Of a DNA stretch of 64,000 nt, positions 39,257-52,223 are shown in pieces; the stretch's first letter is position 1; each line of letters begins with the position of its first letter. Source of the DNA: Lophium mytilinum (Eukaryota); NCBI GenBank assembly GCA_010093605.1, contig MU004190.1, positions 310,001 to 374,000 of the forward strand. Reading direction: 5' to 3'. The notes beneath the pieces were generated by a model. That model worked only from the letters and a program-made list of their open reading frames with translations, was not told where the DNA came from and ran no database searches. The position numbers were made by a program, and so were the translations under genes.

Positions 39257-39424
39257 GATTGCGAGAGTAGCGAATGCATTCAGCATTCAGGATGATGGTG
39301 ACGGCCAAGCAATGTCGACCAGTCATGGGCACTCTGGACGTCAATAAATGGGGCGACTTTCTTCCTAGTTGTTATTCATCACGTGTTTCATGTATCAGGG
39401 AAGGCGCTAACATATTATCTTAGG

Positions 39425-40379
39425 CGACAATAGTCTATGATGCTGGTAAATATACCCTGTATAGTCTTTAATGCTTGCAAACGCCACGGAGACGCCCGAT
39501 CGCTTAGCCTATGCCAATTAAGGCCTAAAAGCTAGCTAATAGGCCCCTTTAAGTATAAGCTCCGCGCCTATATATCTCTATAGTATTTCTAAGTATTATA
39601 TAACTATATATAGACTACTAATATAGTATTAAGGCCTTCTATTTATATATAGGCCTATATATAATATAAATATAGCTTATTATACTACTAGTTATATTAC
39701 TAGCTTTTTTATAAGCTACTAGCCTATTATAAGGCTTCTAGCTACTTATTTCTAATAGAGAGGGGCCTCTAAGGCCCTTCTAGAGGCGCTTAATAAGTGC
39801 TAAACTATCTAAATTAGTAATAGATATATATATTAAGCTATTAAGAATATAGGTAAGCTACTATACTATAGAAAGCTATAGAGAAGTAGATTTAATAGCT
39901 TTATAGGCCTTATCTATTTAGAAGAGCTATAGACTAACTTTTATAGTAGCTATACTAAGGATTTATCTACTTATCTTTCTATATTATATTAGTAATAAAA
40001 AAGTAATAAAAAATTAATAGATTTTAATACTATAAAGCTATAGAAACTTACTATATAAAGGCCCTTTCTATACCTTTTTAGAGGCCTTATTACTATTAAT
40101 TTATTCTTTCTAATAGCTTTACTATTATTCTATAGCCTTACTATTATTCTATAGTCTTACTATTATTCTATAGCCTTACTATTATTCTATAGCCTTACTA
40201 TTATTCTATAGCCTTACTATTATTCTATAGCCTTTCTATTCTTATTACTATAGAGTCTATTAGTATTCTATCTATAGATAATAAGTATAAGCTTTTTAAG
40301 AATATTAAAGCTATCTATATAGATATTATAATTACTAAAAGCTAGATAATTAATATTATAGCTATAATATAACCTTTAT
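39425..40379 (+). mobile_element. Left part of a second Mutator-like element M2, related to M1, opposite orientation
   Basis: 39580-40090 is a close reverse complement of ~33400-33920. The terminal region resembles the M1 TIR (AATGC....AAACGCCACG.AGACG; GGCCTA.AAGCTAGC). Cut by an LTR at ~40380. Confidence 0.75.
40119..40232 (+). repeat. 6 x 19-bp minisatellite
   Basis: Tandem TTACTATTATTCTATAG(C/T)C units. Confidence 0.92.
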
Positions 40380-43300
40380 TATAATATATTTCTATTATAG
40401 GTAATAGTATTATATAGCTTCCTATTATATACTACTATTACCTAACCTTACTTAGTACTAGCCTCGCCTACCTCTTAGCCGGCGCTCCGCGCTCTACTTT
40501 CTCTTCTTATAGCTACTTTATTATATACTTAATACTATTTAGTTTTCTATTATAATTCTATATTATACTATAATATAAAGTAGCTACTCTTCTAGCTTCT
40601 AGAAGATATTAGAAGTACTCTTTTTATCTACCTATCTATATATATATATACCGGCGCCCCTATAGCTACTAAAATTTAATTTCTATAACCTTTATTAATA
40701 AGAAACTAAAATAGAAAAAGACTCTATAATCTTAGAAGGCTTTATAACCTTATAGTAAGAATACTATACCCTATTATTTATATAAACTAACGCGTAGGCC
40801 CTATAAATCTACTTACTATTACGCCTCTACCTATAAGCGCACGCGTAAACTAACTAAACTAAGTACAGTTATTTACTAATTAGCTCCGCCGCTAAGAATA
40901 GCTACTAAGAAGTATACTAGCTATATCTACTTACTAGCTTTTATAAAGGCCCTATAACCTTTCTATCTATACTAATCTTTTTCTTTATCTATCTACTAGA
41001 ATACTATCTACTATTACCTAACTAGTAATAGTTAACTAGCGTAATTCTCTAATACTAGTTTCTTTTTATTTAAGACTCTATAAGTAGACTTACCTGCCTA
41101 TAATACTAAGTTATAGTAAATACGCTATAGTATATTTAGAAGCTTCCTCTAGCGGTATATACGCTAATAAGAGTAGTAATACTAACTTATACTCTACTTT
41201 TAATAGCTAAGCTACCTAGTTAATACTAGCCTCTAACTCTTAGTAAGTATAATAAGAAACCTAATACGCTAAAGCCTTATATAAAAAGATAGGTAAATTA
41301 TCTTAGTATAGTATTAGTTCTATTCTAGAGTAGCTAGCTGCCTATAGTAAACTCTATATACTAAAAGCTAGTACTATTAGACTAGATATAGCCGCAGCCT
41401 ATAGTTAATAACTAACTACTATTCTCTAGCATAGTAGGCGCTCTATTAACCTAGATAATAAGAAATTCTATATTACCTCTAATAAAGAAGATAGTATATA
41501 GCTAGACTAGAAACTTAATAAGCTTAATAAAGAGAATAAGAATAATTAATTCTAATTAGCTATAGACCTCTAGAAAGTAGTCTACTTTACTTAAGGTAAC
41601 CTTTTTAATATATAAAATAATAATATTTCTACTAGCCTAGTTCTTCTATTTACTTAGAAAGCCTAGCGCACTAATAAGTGTACTAATAATCTACCCCTAT
41701 TAGTGTAGAGCCCCTCTACCGTAGCTATACTATTATAGCCTAACCTAGAGTTACCTATACTAGGCGTATTAGTATACTATAATTCTAGCCGCTATAAGTT
41801 ATACTTTACTATAATAGCTAAAGGAATTATATTCTATATTAACTATAATAGAGTTACTAACGCTATTAATATTAACCTTAACTCTACTAAAGCGTTTTAT
41901 AATATAGTTTCTAAGTACTATAAGAATATATACTATAGAGTTACTATATTCTAGTAGAATCTAGAATCTCTTTAAGAGAACTACTAAGCCTAAAATATAA
42001 AGCTAACTACCCTTTATAACTAAGCCTAGGCCTAAGACCCTAATAAGATCTTATATCTATAAGCTAAAGTTACTTAACTAACTAAGAATATTATGCGTCT
42101 TTAATTAGAAAATAAGAAGGTGTATACTAAGTATAACTATTAATTTATAACTAAATAAAAAGCTTATAAAGCTAAAGTTCTTCTACTTAGTAAAGTATAC
42201 TTAGAAAATAAAGCCCTCTATTAAGACGTTGCTATAGTATAATAGGATTTAGATTAACTATAAACCTAGCGTAATTACTTTAAAAAGCTTAGCCTTACTT
42301 ATAAGTAGTAATATATTAACTTAAAAGTAAACTAAAAAGTAGTATTAGTATCTATATAATTATATTACGCTACCACCGCTACTATAGATAACCTTAACTA
42401 TAACTTAGAAGATAATAATAATAATACTAACTATAATAACTTTACTATTATAGATAATAATACTATAGTCTAGATTGCCCGCCTATAGCTTTATAGAGAC
42501 TATAAGCCTAAATTCTATAACCTCTAGAAATTTACTAGTAAGGGTAATAAGTACTAATACCTATCTTAAAAGAGCTATGCCTACGCTATCTTCTAATATA
42601 AAGGGCTAGCCTACCTAGATAAATAGAGTAAAATAGAATATATTAAGTTATACTATATTAATTATATAGAATTAATTATTTACGGCTATACCTAGTTTAA
42701 GAAGCCCTTACTAAATAAGAACTTTAAGACTCTTAACTAGATATTTACTTATATAGACCTATATTTTACTATCTTTAATAAACCCGCGTATATAGATAAT
42801 ATCCTCTATAGTAATAGAGTAAAGATAAAGAACTATAAGATATAGAATATATATATATTATACTTTAAAGAGATAACTAATATTAATAATAAAAATAAAA
42901 TACCCTTTACTTCTAAGAAGGGATAGCTTAAACATCTTCTACGCCCTAAGCTTAGTTATTAAGTATTTAGCAGCGCTAATAGCTACTAGAATTAGCCTAC
43001 GCTTATAGCTATAGTATTCCGCGCTAAAGCCTTTCTTTAGAATAGCGCTTAGCGTAATACTATCTAATCTACTTAATTATCTAGTTTCTATAATAGCTAT
43101 AGAAATAACTATAATAGCTATAGTAATAACTACTTAAGTAACTACTAACTAAATAACTACTAGGACCGCTAACCTAAATAGAACTATAGATAGAAATTAT
43201 CTACTTCTAATAATAATAGTAAGGATTAAGGTAACCGCGCTATTTACCTTTCTCTATTAGTTACTTTAGTCCTGCATACTAAGGGCTACTACTTCTACTA

Positions 43301-44702
43301 TATTAAGAAAGGTTATTAAACTAATAACTCTAAGCGCCCTTACGCTAATAACCCCCCTCTATCTAAGCGTAAGCTAACTAAGCGCTTATTTAAGGCTAAG
43401 AGCGGCCTTAACCTTAAGCTCTCTACAATCTACTATATTAATAAGAACGGTTCTAATAACCTAATATCTATTAATAGTAATAGAGAGGACCTTACTATTA
43501 TTACTTATACTAATAAACTATTATCTTCTAGTATTTTTAGTAATAGTAGTAGCTCTAATAATAGTAAGGGAGAGAGTTTTATATAGGCTCTAACTATAGT
43601 TATAGATAGAGCTATATAGAATTCTTTCTAAGTACTATTATAGCCTATATTTAAAAGTTAGAATAGCTACCTTTTAAGTCTAATAAAATCTAGCTATTAG
43701 CTTACTCTACTAACTTAACTTAAGATATTACTTATAGTAAGTAGTTAAATTTTAAGTATAGAATTTATATACCTATTAGTATAACTAATAGCTACTATCT
43801 TACTAATATAGGCTATTTCTACTTTATCTTTATCTTATAGTTATACGCTAAAGCTAATAAGCTTATAATACTACTATTAGCTACTTCTATTCTACTACGC
43901 CTTACTAATAGTATATTTACTAAGCTTATTACTTATAAAGCCTAGCTTATACTCTTTTTAAATGCCTATACTAAGAATATATAGTACTATATTACTAATT
44001 TTAAGGGCTATAATATTATATTAGGTATACTATAGTTTAAGAAGTATAAGCCTAATATTATATAGGGCGAGCACGCCCTTAATTTTAATAAAGATTTCTA
44101 CTATAATTACTACCTCTATATAGACGGTTATAGATAAGTATAGAGTAATAGTAAAAACTATAATATTATCTAAGTAGATAAATATATATATAATAATACT
44201 CTATAAAATATCTTTAATAAATATTAAAAGCTAGGCTTAGAGCTAAATAAAGCTAAGAATATAATAGCTATCTACTAGAAACTCTAACGTAATAGTAAAG
44301 AGGACTATATTATCTAACTATAAGATAATAATTAGAAGAAGCTTTAATAGATAGAGAAATATAAGTATAGAAAGCCTTAGCCTATAACTTATTCTTCTAT
44401 ACCTTATATCTCTATACTAGAGATAGACCTAACTCTATATAGCCTTACTAAACTTAATAATATTTTATATAATATATAAATAGCTACTTTTACTACTAAT
44501 ATCTTTACTATTAACTCTTTTAATTACTAGAAGTTCTTTAAAAAGATAAATTAGCCTCTAATTACTAATAAAGAGATTAAGGAGTTACTTTCTAATTAGC
44601 TATACTATATAGTAGACGCATAGAACTTCTATAAAGCTAATAAGCTTCTATTTTATTAACTAATAGACTATATAATTAATATTCTTTCTAGTTTTAAGCT
44701 AC
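40380..44702 (+). mobile_element. Gypsy element A, 5' part (LTR, gag, protease), interrupted by element B
   Basis: Putative LTR ~40380-40575, Zn-knuckle relic KGYYFYYIKKGY ~43283, protease relic LTNIGYF ~43800; pol breaks off just before RT. Only one LTR lies in the window. Confidence 0.7.
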
Positions 44703-47700
44703 TATTAGATTTATAGCTAAGAAAAGAGTTATATTACTATTAATAAGGTTATATAGAGAGAAGAGAGGCTCCGGCTATAGGCCTACTATATAGTTAAGTG
44801 CGCGCTAGTAGAACCCCGGGCGCCGGTAGAACTCTAGGCGCCGGAAGAACCCTTAGTATAGAGATTATGTAACGTCCGTGTATATAATAACCCCTAGCCT
44901 TAATTACTACTAAGAGAATACTAAGGAATAATATAATATATGCCCCCCCTTCTAAAAACTAAGCTTCTATAAGAACTAAGAAAAAGACTTACTATTAAAC
45001 TTATATATTAGATAGCTAATATAGGCGTAGCTCTACGTATAGATAGAGTATACTAATAAAACCGTACGGGTAGGCGTTCTTAGTTAAGTTAATTCCGCCA
45101 TCTAATAGCGGCGTAGAATCTTAAGTTATACTAGACTATTATAATAATATAGTAATATTCTAGAGGTTCTATAGTAGCGTCTAGTTCTTTAGTTTAATAA
45201 AGTAAGCGGGCGGTTTAGGTTTCTATAGGCTGCGGTAATAGAAGTTAAAGACCTTATAGAGGTAGTCTTTAAGGTTTCTAGATAGTTACTAGAATTAATA
45301 TAGTTATATACTACTAATATAGTATACTTTATATTAAATATTATTATCTTTAACGCGTAAATTAATAATTTAGGCAACTATAAATTTCTTAACTAGCTTA
45401 TTATTATTATCTTATTAAATTAGCTCTAGTAGTAGTATAGGTTCTAGGTAATTCTATCCTTTAATAGACTTAGAAGTATCTAGCTATAATAAGAAAGAAT
45501 AGAAGATATTATAGATCTTAGTCTTAGATAGTAGGTCTAATTAGAATGCCGCGCCCTAATTAATAACCTTATTAACGCGGAAGGGTTCTATAAACTTATT
45601 ATTAAGGGCCTTCTTAGCGTAGTCTAGTTTAATATTCTTAGTATTAAGCTAGACTATATTATTAACGTATATATCCGCGGCTATATTATAGTAGTAGTTA
45701 GCTTAGTAAGCTTATTTCTCTTAAGCCTATATAATATAGTTGCGTAGGTAGACCTTAATATTCTTTAAACATTTAGCTATATTATTAGCTAGCTTCTATT
45801 TAATTTCCTTATTCTTAGATATCTTTTTATTCTTAATAGTAGGTGGCTCTAGCTCTAAGTAAGAAATATAGCTATAATTAGTAAAAAATAGAGATAGTTC
45901 TATTATAGCTAAGATATAAGTATTAGCTACTAGTTCTATAGAGGGTAATAGGTTATACTAATTATTCTATATATAGTTAATATAGGCTTATAGGTACTTC
46001 TTTATATTAGTATTAGTAATTTCTATCTAACTATCTATTTCCGGGTAGAAGGTGGTAGACGTATTAAGCAATAATTATAACTAGTAGTAGAGATATTACT
46101 AGAATTTAAAAGTAAATTATATACCTAAGTTACTAGTAATAGACGCTAGTAGTCTATAGAGTTAATAGATCTATTAGAAATAGACTTTAGTAAGCTTATC
46201 TACTTCTAGTAAGGTAATGGCTAGAAAGTAGCGCTTTTTAGATAGCTAGTTAATTACTATAAGTATATAGCAGTACTTATAGCTATAGCGTTTATAAATA
46301 GGTAAGTTAACTATATAGTTTAACGTAATGTTACACTAGTAGTAGAGAGAAACAGGTAAGAGATAGAGAAAGCCTTACTTAGTAAAGTTAGATAGTTTAA
46401 TATTATAGCAGCGTTAGCACGCGTTAATATATTTTATAATTAATTTAGTAAACCTAGGCTAGTAGTAACTAGATTAGATACGCTAAAGGTAGTCTATATA
46501 GCCCCCGTGCCCTACACTAGTATAGTTATAACCTAGCTATATAATCTTAAGCTAGAGGAGAGCTAACTAAGGTATAAATAACTATCTAGAGTCCTTATAT
46601 AGTACCTATAGTTTATTATTTATAACTTCTAATTTACTTATAGATAGTTAGACGCGCTTATTCTTTAGAATATTGCGTAGTAGTTTATAGTTACTTTATT
46701 ATTTTAGGGCTATAATTCTATATATAAGGGAGGCGTTTAATAGATTATTAATACCTAAGCCCTTCTTAAATACTAGCTTATTAGTATTATAGGCCTCCTA
46801 GATAAGCTTATATAGTAGTCTATTTATATCTATAATATTTATAGTATATAGATAGAGGTCTTTAGAGACTTTATTTACTAGGTTTTTAGTTTTAATTACG
46901 GTTTATTATTAAAATAGAAATTATTTATTATTATTAGATTGCGGAAGGTTCTAGCTGCGGTATATAAGACTATCTAGTTTAGTTTCTAGGCGGCTAGGCC
47001 GGTATATTAGAACGTAATTAATTTCTAAGAGAATCTAGAGCTAGCGCATCTATTACTAGTTTAGTTATTATATAGTTATAAAGTATAGTAGATTATAGTA
47101 ATCTATTAGTACTTAAATAGGGTTCTAGTATCTATTATCTTAGTACTATAGTTTCTATTTCTTAAAGGTAAGAATAATAGTAAGTAACTTCTTATTATAG
47201 ATCTTATAGTTGCACTCCGCTAGTATTATTTTATAAGAGTAGAAAGTAACTAGATACTATATTCTATTATTATATAGCTAGAAAAAGACTTCTATAGCTA
47301 TATAATTAGATGCGTCTATTTTAATATATAATTTCTAGTTAGGGTTAAAGTATTTAAGATAGGGCGCGGTAGTAAACACTATTTTAAGGTTATTAAATAC
47401 TTTCTAGCAGCTTAGCGTCTATTTAAAATAGATGCGCCCGTCTAGTTCTTTATAGAAGAGATTAGTAAGCGGCTTATATAGTTATAAAAAACCTTATATA
47501 AATTACCTATAGAAATTAGCTAGGCCTAAAAAGGCTTAAATATTTTTAAAATAGGTAGAAGTAGCCTATTTAGTTACGGCTTTAACCTTCTCCGGGTCTA
47601 TTTTAACACCCTTAGTTATAATAATAAGGCTAAGGTATTTAATACGCTTAATAAGAAACTTATATTTATTAATATTAAGGTATAGACTAGCTTTATATAG

Positions 47701-50700
47701 CTAGTCTAGTACCTTTTATATATATATAATATATTCTTCTTTAGTTCTATCTATAAATACTAATATATTATCTATATAGGCTAAATAGAAGTTATCTAGA
47801 TATTTATAGAGGATATTATTAATAAATATTTAGAAGGTGCCCAGTCTATTATATATGCTAAACCCTAAGACTTTAAATTAGAATATTCTATAGTATATAA
47901 TAAAAGCTATTTTCTATTTATTACCTAGTTTAATACGGATGCGGTTAAAAGCTAAGATAATATCTAGCTTAGTATACTATTTAGCCTTATAGAGGCAGTT
48001 AAGCGTTTCTTATATAATAGAAATTAGGTATTAATTCTTTATAGTAATAGTATTAAGGCTATAGTAGTTAATATAGAACTAGTAGGTTCTATCTAGTTTC
48101 TTAACTAGTAGTATAGGTGCGTGTATAGAAGAATTACTATTCTTAATAAAACTATTACCTAGTAGCTTTTAGAGCTTATTATAGATAATATAATTCTTTT
48201 TCTTTAAGACGGCTCGGGTTTTATATTTAGGTAGTAGAGCGTCTAGCTATAGAAGAATTATATAGTTATAATTATAGTATAGAGGTAGATTTCTAGCTTT
48301 CTATTATAACTATATATTAACCTAAGGGTGGAAACGCTTATCTAATTATTTTCTTAGTTTATTAGATAAATACGTCCTGCGTTTCTTTATAAACTTATTA
48401 TATTTATTAATACTAAGAGCGTATAGTTTAAGCGTACTATTATCTTCTAGAATACTTATAATATATCTAATTGCGGGCGTATTAAATAGAGCGTTATCTA
48501 GTTCTAGAATAAACTCTAGTTTATAGATCTAAATAAGGTTCTTAGACTTAGCGCGTTAAATATAGTATTCTATTAAACTAATAGATATTATAAATAAGAA
48601 TATAGACTAAAGCTTATTAGATTCTATAGTATAGAATAGGGCTCCCTTATAGTATATCTTAGCTAGTACGCTATTATAATAGTAGTGTAGATTACGGCAT
48701 TATAATTAGTAGAAGTAGAAGCTCTTCTTAATAAAGTTAATTTCTAGATTATAGGTTTTATACTAATCTATATCTAAGACTAGAGAAATGTATTCTAGGT
48801 TAGTAATATAGTAGACTAGCTACTCTATATATAAGCCTATAGTAATATTAATAATTATAGTATATATAATAGACTAAAAAGAGTTAGAGTTATTAATATA
48901 GGTAAGATAGTAAGGTAAATTAAGAGGAATTTAATAGATTTTATATTTACGCGTAAATAATTAATTAATAAAAGAGAATATTATACTATTATTAGAGAGA
49001 GAGTAAGTATAAATAATTTAATTACTATCTAAGGCTATAGAATAAGAAAGTAAATACTAGCTACCTTTCTTTAGCTAGAGCTTTATAATATTATACTAAG
49101 TATATATAATAGCTATTATAGAAATATAGAGTTCTAGCTAGTTCTTATTATTTTTAATATACTCTAGCACCTTCTATAGCTAAAAGGGTATATTAAATTA
49201 TAGTAGAGGTTCTACTACTTTTATTCTATACTTTTTAGGTGCTCTATACTTAGTGCCCCTATAATAGCTTTTACGCGGCTTCTAGGCCTTCTTACTTAAA
49301 AGGTTGTCTATAGTAGAAACTAAGTTACTATACTTAAAGAAAGTTAGTATAGAATAGGGGGTAGATAATAGAGTTAATAATAGAGTATATTTTAGTTTAT
49401 AATTAATTATAATAGGTTCTTAGGCGCAACTATACTTAAGAACTACTTATTTTTCTAGCTAGAAAATATAGTATTAGTAGCGCGGAGAGAAAGGCCGCTA
49501 GTTATCTAGATAGAGAAGTTTTAAAAAGGGCAATTATTATTAACGGCGCGGTAACTAATATAGTAATAATAATTATAAGCGCTAGCTGCGTATATTCTCT
49601 TTTTATTAGCTTTAGTAAGCTTACTAATACTTTAAATATACGTAAGTTTATCTACCGGGTTTATAGTGTAAAGGCGCTATTCTATACTAGCCGCGGCTAT
49701 AATAGTAGGTATATATAGAGCGTTTAAGGTTATTATTATAGTTGCGGTTATTATATTAGCACCTATAGCGGGTGTAGATAAGTAACTACTATAGCCGCGG
49801 CCCCGGCCGCGGGTAGATTAGATAGTTATTATTATTATAGGTTTATATAGATAACTACTTATTAGAGCTATATATACTATATAGTATATAATAGACGCCT
49901 ATATATAGAATATTAAATGCTAGTATTAAATATACTAACGCTATATAGCTCTTAAGGCTGCGCCTACTAGCTAGCTAATAAGATAACCTTTATAACCTCT
50001 ACTTTTATACTATTTAGTAGCTTAGTGCCTACTACTACTAGTTAGTAGTATACTAATAACTAGATCTATTAAGTCCTCTATTACTAGGTTCTTTAAGGCC
50101 GCTATTCCCGCATCTATTAATACTTTCTATAGCTATCTAGCCTATCTTAGCTCTATAGACGTTACTATTACTAGTATAGACGCCGGCCTTAAGCTATATA
50201 GCTATAAAACTATTACTAGCTTAATAGAACCCTTAGAGTAACTTAGCTAAAGGCCCTTATTAATAACTTCTATAATAATAATATTTAAGACGCTAATATT
50301 TCTTATAAGCCGCGCATAATAAATACTATAGGCGTAACTTCTTCCCGTTATAGAGTAGAACAGAAGCAGCTCTAGAAGTTATTATTAGCTAGTTCTTTTA
50401 CTTTCCTTAGCTCTATCTCTATTAATAACTTAAAGCCCTCCTCTATAAGCTATTTATACTTACGCCGGCAAATACTTCTTTAACGCCCGCTAATACCTCT
50501 TTAACGCCTATAAATACCTCTTTAACGCCCGCGTTACTAAAGCTCTTATTTATATTAAACTTATTCTTTATAAGTATATATCTAGAGCTTTCTAAAGAGA
50601 TTATTACTCTTAGTTATTAACTATACGCCTTTTTAATCTCTAATTACTAAGCTTTTAAATCTATTAAGCTTAAGGCTATTCTTCTAAGCTTTATACTCTA

Positions 50701-51678
50701 CTTTCTATTACCTAGTATTACCCGTTCTAGTGCTAAAGAACGCCGCTTATAGTCTATTAATCCTGCGCTATTTCCTCTATAGTAGAGTACTACGCCTGCC
50801 TTAGCTAATCTAGTAATTAATAGGTTTCTAGTAGCTACCTATACTATATATTCTAATAAGGCCTAGAGTATAGGCCTTAGAATAATATCTAGTCTAGGCT
50901 CTTATCTTTACCGCCTATTTAACCTATTCTACGGCTCTATAATATTAGAATCTTTAGATATATTATAGCTATATAATTGCGCATAATATATAACTAGAGG
51001 TTATATAATAGAGGCTCTATAGAACGGGTAAATATTACTCCGCCCTTTAGGTTATTATAATATCTATTCTAGGAACCTCTTTCTCTCTTATATTTATCTT
51101 TTATTAATATTAATACTATTTAATCTAATAATTCTAACGCTTTAACCTTAAGCCCTAATATAAGATAAATACCCTTCTAGCTTCCGGGAGTAATAGAAGC
51201 ACCCCTAGAAATTTTCTATAATAGAGTGCACTCTTATAATAAGCTATAGTATATGCCGCTATCTATATAGTAACTATTAGTAGTATTATAGACCCCTAAT
51301 AAAGACTACACTTAATAATATAGTACTTCTATTAGTAGCGCCGCGGGCCCCTAATAAAGTAATCTAACTATTGTGCGTAATATTAGGTAATAGACCTTAT
51401 AACTATAGTAGACGCTCTATAATAAGCCCCTATAATAGAGGGGTAGTAGCAGCACCCTAGAAAGTCCCTACTAATTCTATCTATTACTTTAATAGCTTTA
51501 TAACTTCTTCTTCTATCTATTTTACTATTACTATATAGAGACTAACGCCCGGAAAGCGTAGTATAGATAATAGCGCGTGCGCGCGCCTAGTATTACTAAC
51601 TAATTACTATTACTATATAGAGACTAACGCCCGGAAAGCGCAGTATTAATAATAGTAGCCTAAGTGCATACCTAGTAT
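44703..51678 (-). mobile_element. Gypsy element B (3' LTR, pol, gag), interrupted by element D
   Basis: Minus-strand PPT (plus TGCCCCCCCTTCT 44941-44953) next to a putative LTR 44703-44938; RT relic LAYIDNILVF ~47770; RNase H and integrase relics 45400-47400. Confidence 0.8.
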
Positions 51679-51980
51679 TATAAAATAAATACCTATAGAC
51701 TATCTATTTTCTATAGACTACCTATTTTTCTATATACTATCTATATCTTATAAATACTAAAACCTATTATTTACTATAACCCTCTAGGTAGTTCTATAGC
51801 TAAGCGCAACTAATACTACTAGTACTATAGGTACCGCCCTCTTAAACCTTCTACGCGTCTAAAAGTATATAGTAAATAATCTAAATTTAATAGGCCCTTA
51901 TATATAAATTTAATACCTTACCTCTTTAAGTTTTCTTTCTTCTATACTAACCTACTTATATAGCTAACTCTAACTACTAT

Positions 51981-52223
51981 TATAATAGATTACGCCCTAT
52001 CCTCCGGTTATATATTTATCTATTACCGGCCTTCTACCTCTATACCTATTATATTACCTCGCGCTATCTACGCGCTAGCCCGCCTAGCGCCTATGCGCCT
52101 CTCTTCTCTACGTATATAGTTTCTACCTAGAAGCCTCTTTTTCTACTTCTTATATAACCTCTTAAAATTAATCTACCTAGTTACCTTATACTACCTAAGC
52201 TCCTTTATACTATAACTATAATA
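51981..52223 (+). repeat. 5' LTR of Gypsy C
   Basis: Direct repeat of 59782-60024. Confidence 0.93.
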
